64,000 nucleotides of DNA from an uncultured delta proteobacterium (GTDB taxonomy: Bacteria; Myxococcota; Myxococcia; Myxococcales; Myxococcaceae), in assembly GCA_963771175.1 (NCBI GenBank), contig CAVYSY010000032.1, positions 128,001 through 192,000 on the forward strand, written 5' to 3'. The notes below the pieces were generated by a model. The model searched no databases. It worked only from the letters and a program-made list of their open reading frames with translations, and was not told the DNA's origin. A program made the position numbers and the translations under genes. This document shows positions 47,602 through 55,247 of the stretch, piece after piece. The number at the start of each line of letters is the position of its first letter. The stretch's first letter is position 1.

Positions 47602-48003
47602 GACAGGGTCTCCTTCGCCGACAGATGCGTCACCGTCCGCCGCCGGGTCCGCGTCTTCACTCGCTTGGGAGCCTGCGCCCGGCGGATCTCCGCGAAGGAG
47701 TCCCCGTAGGCCACGAGGTAGCGGCTGCCCGTCCACCTCCACCAGCGCCAGGCCGCAGCGCTGCGACAGGCCCGTCCGGGACACCACCTGCAGGCGCTCG
47801 GAGAGCGTGAAGCGGGACTCGGCCCGACCACGTCGCACCAGCCACCAGCCGAGCCCCGCCAGGGCCACCGCCCCGAGCAGCCCCCGGGCCACCGACGTCG
47901 CCGACATGCCCCCCAGCGGCGCGAGCGCGGCCAATCCCAGGATGAGGCCACACGCCAGCAGGACCTTGGTCCTCGGAGACGTGGAATCGAGCAGGGTCTT
48001 CAT
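47598..48003 (-). CDS. FliO-like membrane protein (one frameshift)
   Basis: TM helices then [22 protein letters not shown](SRYLV), matching the FliO beta-domain pattern; sits between the FliN-like and FliP-like genes. Confidence 0.65.
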
Positions 48004-48011
48004 GGGCGCGC

Positions 48012-49166
48012 TCACGGCAGCAGGGTGAGGATGCGGGCCCCCACCTCGCCCTCGATGTCCACGAGCTCGGCCCTCGCCACCGCCCGATCCCCCACTCGCA
48101 GCAGCACCGGCTCGCTCGCGTTGATGCGCAGGGGCAGCAGCGCCCCCGGCTTGAGCCCCGCCAGCTCCGAGAGCGGCAACGACAGCCGCGTCAGCTCGAT
48201 CTCCACGTCCACCGGCAGCGGGGGCATCCCCTCGCTCCGCTCGTTCACTTCCACCATGTCCGACTCCTGGAAAAGTCCGCGCCTGTGCGCGCGGGTCAGC
48301 GAGAAACCCTCGGGGCCAAAGTCACCGGCCAGCTCGAAGCCGCGCAGGACGAGGCGCCCGGTCCCGAGCAGCTGCGCTCCCTCCCGGCGCAACCCCTCGA
48401 AGAGGACGACATCCCCCAGCCCCAGCGTCTCCAGCGCCTCACGAGGCAGCGACGTGCGCCCCACGAAGCAGCGCGCGCCCAACCGCGCCGACAGCACCTC
48501 GGGAGCAATCTCCGGGTCGTGCTCCGCCGGCAGCTCCTTCAGCGCCCCCTCGAGGACCACCGCGGGCAGAAGCAGCCTCCCTCCCGCCGTCGTCCCTCCC
48601 ACCGACACCGTCAGCTCCACGCCCAGGTGACGCTGCCGGGCATCGAGGCGGGCCAGCGCCTCCGTGCGATTCATCGTCACCCCGGTGAGGCGCGGGCCGA
48701 ACCGCCGCTGCAGCTCCTCCTGCCCGCGCAGCGCGTACAGCGCCGACAGGCCCAGGAAGGCGAACGAGGCCTCCTCCAGTCGCGTCAGGCCCGTGATGGG
48801 GCCGGGCTTCGTCCCCGCTCCAGCCAGGCGCTCCAGCGCGGCGAAGAGCACCGGCGGCTCCAGCTCCAGCACCGCCGTCCCCCCCGTGGCCGACAGGTCC
48901 ACCAGGGCGAAGGCCGCCGTGTGCGCCAGCCCCGTCGCCGGCATCACCACCGCCTCCAGCAACCGCGCCTCGGCCCGGACGGGGCACCCCAGTTCCTTGC
49001 CGAGCGACTCGCACACCATCTGGAGCGCCTGTCGCGCGAGCCGTACCACCCGCGGCCGCTCGTTCAGGGTCATGTGGGCGCGCGACAGCCGGCGCGTGCC
49101 GAGTCGGCGCAGCCGCATCGGCTTCAACGTCGTGGACCGGGTGGTATCTCCAAGAGGACTTTGCAT
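48012..49166 (-). CDS. sctQ: T3SS sorting platform / C-ring protein SctQ (FliM/FliN SpoA domain)
   Basis: Intact ORF; C-terminal LPVDVEIEL...LKPGALLPL...VARAELVDIEGEVGARI SpoA domain plus an upstream SpoA-like repeat. Confidence 0.88.
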   Translation of the reverse strand: MQSPLGDTTRSTTLKPMRLRRLGTRRLSRAHMTLNERPRVVRLARQALQMVCESLGKELGCPVRAEARLLEAVVMPATGLAHTAAFALVDLSATGGTAVLELEPPVLFAALERLAGAGTKPGPITGLTRLEEASFAFLGLSALYALRGQEELQRRFGPRLTGVTMNRTEALARLDARQRHLGVELTVSVGGTTAGGRLLLPAVVLEGALKELPAEHDPEIAPEVLSARLGARCFVGRTSLPREALETLGLGDVVLFEGLRREGAQLLGTGRLVLRGFELAGDFGPEGFSLTRAHRRGLFQESDMVEVNERSEGMPPLPVDVEIELTRLSLPLSELAGLKPGALLPLRINASEPVLLRVGDRAVARAELVDIEGEVGARILTLLP

Positions 49167-49280
49167 GGTTCGCTCCGTGCTGCGGACAAGCCGCTCCTGT
49201 TCACGGCCGATGCCAGCGGCCGCGCCTGCGAAATCGAGGGTTTGGACGTCAGGGGGAGTCCGGGACCGGGACGGGGGGTC

Positions 49281-49772
49281 TCAGCGCGTGGCTTCTCGGA
49301 TGAGCCGCTCGGCCAGCGCACACACCGCCGGGGTCGCCGCCGCGTCGGGCGGCTCCACCTGGCGCTCCGGAAAGAGGCTGCGGTGGTAGGGCGGCAGCCT
49401 CCGGAAGATCTCCCGCCGCAGCACCTCCGGCGCCTCCTCCATCACCGCCCTCAGCCGCGCCGCGGCATCCGGCCGCACGCCGAAGTCCACCGCCACTCGC
49501 GCCTGCCTCCGCGCCGAGGAGAGCGCTTCGAAGCCCGCCAGGTGCGCCTTCGCCTGCCGCGCCTCGGGCTCTCTCAAGCCGTCGAGCAGTTCCTTCGCCT
49601 GCCCCTTCCCGAGGACCAGTGCCACCAGAGCAATCCGCTCCAGCGGCAGGGAGGTCGGAGGTGGGGGCCTCGCCGGCTCCGGACGCGTCGGAGCCCGAAC
49701 CACCACCGTCTGGACCTGGTCCTGCGTCTTCGCCCCGGGACGAGGAATCCGGGTGATGCGCGTCGCCTCCAT
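49281..49772 (-). CDS. Hypothetical helical protein, positional SctK or FliG-like candidate
   Basis: Intact 163-aa ORF between sctJ and sctQ; LERIALVALVLGKGQAKELLDGL loosely recalls the FliG N-terminal repeat. Confidence 0.55.
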   Translation of the reverse strand: MEATRITRIPRPGAKTQDQVQTVVVRAPTRPEPARPPPPTSLPLERIALVALVLGKGQAKELLDGLREPEARQAKAHLAGFEALSSARRQARVAVDFGVRPDAAARLRAVMEEAPEVLRREIFRRLPPYHRSLFPERQVEPPDAAATPAVCALAERLIREATR

Positions 49773-49791
49773 GGCTCACCCTCCCCGAGGC

Positions 49792-50586
49792 TCACGCCAC
49801 CTTGCGCGCGGGCCCGGGAGTCACCACGGGACGCGCGGGGGCCGAAGGGGTGGTGGGCCTGGCCTCCGCCATGGCTCGGTAGTGCCGCAGGCGCAGCGTC
49901 ATCAGGATCAGCCCCACCGACAGCCCCGTGACGAACAGGGCCAGCACCGTCAGCAGCACCCGCAGCCGCGTCAGCGGAGAGGTCGCCGGCGTGGGTGCCA
50001 CCACCCTCGTGGACACCTCGTCCACCATGAGCGACACCGACTCGGCGGAGAGCCCCTCCACGCCTCCCGCGATGAGCGAGCGCAGCATCTCCCGCGAGCC
50101 CTTGATCTGCTCCGCATGGCCCGGCGCCACGCGCAGCATCGCCGAGGCCTTCGAGGGCACCGCCTGCTGCCCGGGCCTCGGTGGCGGAGGCACCACCAGG
50201 TGCACCCGCGCGAGGATGACCCCCTCCACCGTCTGGAGCGTCGTCTCCAGGCCCCGTTCCATCACCCGCACCCGGCAGAGCTGCTCCTCCACCGGCGTGC
50301 GCACCAACCCGCTCCCGCCAAAGACGTCACAGCCCTCGTCGGCGGTGGGCCTCGGCAGCCCCAGCTCCGCGAGGATCCGCACCGCGTCCGAGGACTGCTC
50401 CTCGGTCACCTCGATGGCCCATGTGGGCTTCTTGCCCGCCTCGGGCACCTTGCGCGCGTCGAGCCCTCGCTCGACGAGCACCGTCTGCAACTCGTTGGCC
50501 TGGCGCTCGTCCAGGCCGTGCTGGATTCGCTCCCGGCAGCCGGTGGCGCACAGGAGCAGGACGAAGAGACAGCGTCGGAAGAACAT
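49792..50586 (-). CDS. sctJ: T3SS inner-membrane ring lipoprotein SctJ (YscJ/PrgK family)
   Basis: ATGC lipobox, GLDERQANE, GLPRP, LETTLQTVEGVILARVHLV, KASAML, GVEGL and C-terminal TM. Confidence 0.92.
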   Translation of the reverse strand: MFFRRCLFVLLLCATGCRERIQHGLDERQANELQTVLVERGLDARKVPEAGKKPTWAIEVTEEQSSDAVRILAELGLPRPTADEGCDVFGGSGLVRTPVEEQLCRVRVMERGLETTLQTVEGVILARVHLVVPPPPRPGQQAVPSKASAMLRVAPGHAEQIKGSREMLRSLIAGGVEGLSAESVSLMVDEVSTRVVAPTPATSPLTRLRVLLTVLALFVTGLSVGLILMTLRLRHYRAMAEARPTTPSAPARPVVTPGPARKVA

Positions 50587-50596
50587 GGGGAACTCC

Positions 50597-51094
50597 TCAC
50601 ACCTGGGTCTGCAGCACCTGCTTGACGCCGCCGGTCGCCTTCTCGACGACCTTGCCGGCGAGATCGAGCTCCTGGCTCGCCCGGTACACGTGGGCCTGGA
50701 GGGCGATCAGCTCGTTCGGCGTGAACGACTTGCCGGACTGGGCCAGCTCCAGGACGTGGTCCAGCCGCTTCTGCGCCTCGCTCACGCGGTCCAGCATCTG
50801 CACCGCCTGCTGAGACCGCGCGGACTGCACCGAGTCCACCTTTCCCCCGGCCTGGACCTCCGAGGTCCCCGCCGAGGCCCGCTCCACTCCCTCCGCCTTG
50901 CACGTCCCGCGCGGCGCCTCCGTCCGCTCCGCCGGTGCCGGCCTCGGCGAGCCCTCGGTGGCGACCTGGGGCCCCGGCTGCTTCGCCTGCCCCTTCACCC
51001 CCTCCAGCACCTTGCCGAACTGCGCCTTCCCCGAGGGCTCCAGCGCGGGCGTTGCTCCCGCCCCACCAATCGCCCCCACCTTGTCGATGGCCAT
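50597..51094 (-). CDS. Probable T3SS inner-rod protein SctI-like
   Basis: C-terminal TPNELIALQ...ELDLAGKVVEKATGGVKQVLQTQ fits the YscI/PrgJ/HrpB2 pattern; immediately upstream of sctJ. Confidence 0.7.
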   Translation of the reverse strand: MAIDKVGAIGGAGATPALEPSGKAQFGKVLEGVKGQAKQPGPQVATEGSPRPAPAERTEAPRGTCKAEGVERASAGTSEVQAGGKVDSVQSARSQQAVQMLDRVSEAQKRLDHVLELAQSGKSFTPNELIALQAHVYRASQELDLAGKVVEKATGGVKQVLQTQV

Positions 51095-51106
51095 GGCTCG
51101 CCGCCC

Positions 51107-51598
51107 CTATCGGATGTTGTTGATGGCGGCCTTCGCCGAGTCGTGGCGGACCTTCATGATGTTGGAGATGGCGTTGTGCGCGCGGCTCTCCGCCTGCATC
51201 TCGTTCTGCAGGTTCATGTAGGCCAGGTTCATCTTCGCCCCCTCGGCCTGCATCTCCTTCTGCGCCGCGAGCAGGTCCCACTGGTCCCCCTTCCCCGTGC
51301 TGCCCGTCAGGCCCCCCGCACCGCTCGTGCCTCCTCCCGCCCCTCCCACGCCCCCGGGCGTCGGCATCGCCGAGGCACCCCGGATGGACGAAGTCGCCCC
51401 CGACACCACCGAGCTGACGCTCGACACCGCCGCGCTCACCGCCGCGCCTCCCGGCACCAGCGACGCCATCACCCCGGCTCCCGACCTCACCACCTCCTGC
51501 GCCGTGCGCGCGAACACCGTGCCGAAGTCGTTCTGCGGCGTCTGCCGCGCCACGGTGGGGGTGATGGACAGCGAGCCAATCCGATTGCCGTTCTCCAC
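51107..51598 (-). CDS. Putative T3SS needle/filament subunit (SctF-like C-terminus, Gly/Ser/Ala-rich N-terminal extension)
   Basis: GGAGG RBS before GTG at 51598; C-terminus NAISNIMKVRHDSAKAAINNIR resembles the PrgI C-terminus; gene order F-I-J. Confidence 0.6.
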   Translation of the reverse strand: MENGNRIGSLSITPTVARQTPQNDFGTVFARTAQEVVRSGAGVMASLVPGGAAVSAAVSSVSSVVSGATSSIRGASAMPTPGGVGGAGGGTSGAGGLTGSTGKGDQWDLLAAQKEMQAEGAKMNLAYMNLQNEMQAESRAHNAISNIMKVRHDSAKAAINNIR

Positions 51599-51638
51599 GT
51601 TGAAGCCTCCTTGCGCCTGGGTCTCGCGCCGGGGCTTC

Positions 51639-51655
51639 TTCAGCCGGCGTGCCAG
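51639..51655 (-). promoter_or_regulatory. Possible sigma54 promoter of the T3SS-like operon
   Basis: CTGGCACG-CCGG-CTGAA: perfect -24 element, imperfect -12, about 40 nt upstream of first gene. Confidence 0.45.
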
Positions 51656-51835
51656 CCGCCGGGCCGAGTCATCTCGGGTACTTGGCGTCAGCCGCTGCTC
51701 GCGCAACCCTCCACGCGGCGGAGCGCACGTCCGCGCACGTGGACGGTCGGGTGGACGGCCCGGGACGAAAAGTTGCGACCCCCGGGGGCTGCTTCAGACT
51801 GGTAGTCCCCTGTCGCACCCAGAGGAGCCGCCCCA

Positions 51836-52161
51836 TGACGCCGTCCCACGCCCCCACCCGTCTCGCCGAGCGCTACCACCCGCGCGTGGAGGCCAATTGG
51901 ATGGTCAAGGTCCACCTCGGCGAGCGCATCGTGCTCGTCAAGGCGCGCGACCTGTCCATGGCCGGCCTCTTCCTGCACGGCCACCCCGCGGACTCGGTCA
52001 AGCAGCTCACCCTGACGATTCCCCTGCCCCAGATCGCCGACATCACCACCACGTGCACCATCGTCCGCCGCGAGGCGCACGGCGTGGCGCTCGAGTTCGC
52101 CAAGCTGGACTGGGACCACATGCTCCTGCTGGCGCGCTACCTCCACCCGCGCCTGCCCTGA
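51836..52161 (+). CDS. Stand-alone PilZ domain protein
   Basis: ERYHPR (RxxxR) and DLSMAG (DxSxxG); GAGGAG RBS. Confidence 0.85.
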
Positions 52162-52183
52162 GCGACCCCCGGGCCTCGACGCC

Positions 52184-52576
52184 TCAGGCGACCTTGCGCA
52201 GCCGCTCCACCAGCGCCATCAGCTCCGCGCCCTTGAAGGGCTTCTGGATGTAGCCGTCCGCTCCCGCCAGCGTCGCGCTCTCCACGTCCGACTTCTTCGA
52301 CTTGGCGGTGAGCATGTAGACCGGCACCTTCGACGTCGTCGGATCGCTCTTGAGCATCCGGCACACCGAGATGCCGTCGAGCTGCGGCAGCACCACGTCC
52401 ATCAGGACGAGCTGGAAGGGGCGGCTCTTGGCCAGCTTCAAGCCCTCGATGCCGTTGGCCGCGCACACCACCTCCACGGCCCCGTCGCTCAGCATGCGAG
52501 CGCACGAGCTCCCGGATGACGGGCTCGTCCTCGACCAGCAGGATGTGGAAGGGCGTCTGCCAGGTTGGCAGACCAT
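52184..52576 (-). CDS. Single-domain response regulator (CheY-like; frameshift near 52500)
   Basis: ILLVEDEP, LVLMDVVLPQLDG, YMLTAK and GADGYIQKPF. Confidence 0.9.
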   Translation of the reverse strand: MVCQPGRRPSTSCWSRTSPSSGSSCARMLSDGAVEVVCAANGIEGLKLAKSRPFQLVLMDVVLPQLDGISVCRMLKSDPTTSKVPVYMLTAKSKKSDVESATLAGADGYIQKPFKGAELMALVERLRKVA

Positions 52577-52581
52577 GGGAT

Positions 52582-55170
52582 TCACTCGTAGGCGAGCGCT
52601 TCGACGACGTTCAAGGTGGCCGCTCGCCGTGCCGGATACAGCCCGGCCAGGATGGCGCACAGGGTGGATGCAGCCCCCATCGTCAGCGCCAGCCGGGTGG
52701 GAAAACATACGGGGAAGCTCCACCCCGTGGCCTGGCCTCCTACCACCTCGGTGACCATGACGCCCATCCAGAGGCCCGCCAGCGCCCCGATGAGCCCTCC
52801 TGACAGGCCGATGAAGGCGGCCTCTCCCACGAAGAGCTCGGACGATGTGGGACCGGCGCCGCGCCCACCGCTCGCAGCAGGCCGATCTCCCGGGTCCGGT
52901 CCAGCACCGCCGCCAGCAGCGTGTTGACGACCCCCAGCAGCGCCAGCAGCACCGCCACCACCTCCATGGCGTAGGTGACGGCGAAGGCGTCGTCGATGAG
53001 CGCGGTGGCCTCGTCGCGCAGCTCGGCGTTGGACAGCACGTAGAGGTTGTACTGGCGCTCGCCCCACGCGCTCGGTGATGGTCGCGGCGGAGCTCGTCCA
53101 GCTTGCGCGGGGTCCGACAGGTACAGCTCGAAGGTGTCCACCCGGTCGTCCTGGAAGTGCTCCATGGTACACCTCGCGCGACAGGAAGACGATGCCCTGG
53201 TCCGAGGTGTAGTCCACCGCGACGGCGCCCACCGTGTAGGTGCGCGCACCGGTGGGCGTGGACATCTCGAAGGTGCTCCTCCACGTGCAGGTCCCGCCGG
53301 CGCGAGAGGTTCTCGGAGATGGTGACGCGCCCGGCCAGCCGCTCCTCGTGCGTGGGCAGGCGGCCCTCGAGGAGCTCGGGCCGCCCGTAGCGCTCGTAGA
53401 TCTCGGGGATGAGCGAGATGACGTAGATGCGCAGGCCCAGCACGTCGTGGGGCAGCACGCGCACCCGGTCCACGCTGTGCCACCCCGGGCAGCGTCGCGA
53501 GCTCCTCGCCCAGGTCCGGCGCCATGGGCTGGTTCTGCACGCCGGCCGATGCTTCGCCGACGAGGTGACGAAGAGGTCCGCTGGCACCGACTGGTCCAAT
53601 CCACCGGTGCGCGGCGGACTGGAAGGAGCCCACGAAGCCGGCGAGGCACACCGACATGGCCACGCCGATGGCCAGCGCGGACACCGGCACCGCCGTGCGC
53701 CCGGGCGCTCGGGCGAAGTTGTCCGCCGCCAGCCGGCCGCTCACTCCCAGCAGCGCACTCGCCCGGCCGCCGGTAGAGGCGCCACAGCCCGCGCAGCACC
53801 AGCGGGCGACAGCAGCGTCGCCCCCATGAGCACGAGGAAGATGGCGAGGTAGCCGCCCACGGGCAGGTTCTCCACGGGGCGTCGGCAGCCACGTGGCCGG
53901 GTAGACGAGCAGCGAGGCACCCCAGCCCCGAGCACCGTGGGCAGCGACGCGCGTCGCCCACCTCCGCGCCCTGGCGCCGCGTCCCGGCGCAGCGCCTCCA
54001 CCGGCTGCACGCTCGAGGCCACGCAGCGCCGGACGCAGCGCCGCGAACCACTGCCCAGCACCCCGAGCGCCACGCCCAGCCCCAGCTCCAGCGGGCCCAC
54101 CGTCACGTCCCTCGCGTTCACCTTCACGTAGAGGCTGGAGATGGCACTCGGACACCGCAGCCGATGGCCCCCCGGCCGACGAGCACGCCCAGCGGCAGCC
54201 CCAGCACCGTGCCCAGGCCGCCCAGCACCAGCGCCTCCAGCGTGAAGAGGGCGCGGATGCGCAGGCGCGTGGCCCCCAGCGCTCGCAGCGTGCCAATCTC
54301 CCGCCGCCGCTGCACCACGCTGATGGCGATGGTGTTGTAGACGAGGAACACCCCCACCAGCAGCGCCACCCCGGAGCCCAGGTTCAGCCCCAGCTGGAAG
54401 CTGCGCACCATCGTCTCCACCGTGCCCCCTCGGCGCGACGGGCGCTCCACCTCGAAGCCGCCGCCCAGCGCCTCTCGCAGGCGCGTCCCGCACCGCCTCC
54501 ACGCCCACCGCCGGGTCCACCGCCACGTCGATGCGGTCCAGCACCCGGTCGCGTCCGAAGGCCGCCTGCGCCGAGGCCACGTCCATCACTCGCCACCGAG
54601 CCGCCGAAGGCCTTCACCGGCCCCGCCTCGCGGATCAGGGCGTGCACGACGAAGTCCTGCGGTCCACTCCCGGTGACGAGCTGGAAGGAGTCCCCCACCT
54701 TCAGCCCGTGCTCGCGCGCGAAGCGCTCGGAGACGAGCATCCGGTCCGTCGAGTTGAGGAACTCCAGGTCGTCCGAGAGCCCGCCGAGGTCCCGGTCCAC
54801 GCCCTCGTAGGTGCGGAAGTGGCCGTCATCCAGCAGGTCCACGCCCATGACATAGAGGCTCTCGCCCGGAGCGCCCTTCACCGGCGACGATCACCGTCAG
54901 CGCCCCCGAGGCGTGCGCCACCCCGGGCACCGCTCGCACCCGCTCGAGCACGGACTCGTCGAAGCCCGTCTGCGCGCCCGCCACCGTGAGGTCCGCCTTC
55001 CCGGCGATGGCGTCCACCGTGGAGCGGAACGCGTCCATCACCGAGCGGTTGATGGACATCACCCCCACCATGGTCGCCACGCCCACGGCCACGCCCAGCA
55101 CCGTGAGGCCGGTGCGCAGCGGCGAGCCCAAGAAATGTCGCAGGGAGATGAGCCGGAGCAGCGCGAGCAT
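52582..55170 (-). CDS. ABC transporter permease with duplicated MacB/FtsX domains (many frameshifts)
   Basis: RTGLTVLGVAVGVA, ISVVQRRREIGTLRALGAT, VLDRTREIGLLRAVG and AGLYPARRAATLNVVEALAYE. Confidence 0.88.
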
Positions 55171-55247
55171 GTCCGGCCTACCTTACCCGCTCCGCGGTGC
55201 CCCCGGGTGGACGGGCGCTCGGAGGGCGGACAGGCAGGCGTGCTGGC

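Noticed and set aside
42643..47720. T3SS export genes as pseudogenes
   Set aside because: The same indel pattern hits essential dcw genes and ligA, and the conserved motifs are intact
42643..51598. Flagellar biosynthesis operon
   Set aside because: No rod, hook, flagellin, FliF or motor genes; the ring protein is an SctJ-type lipoprotein
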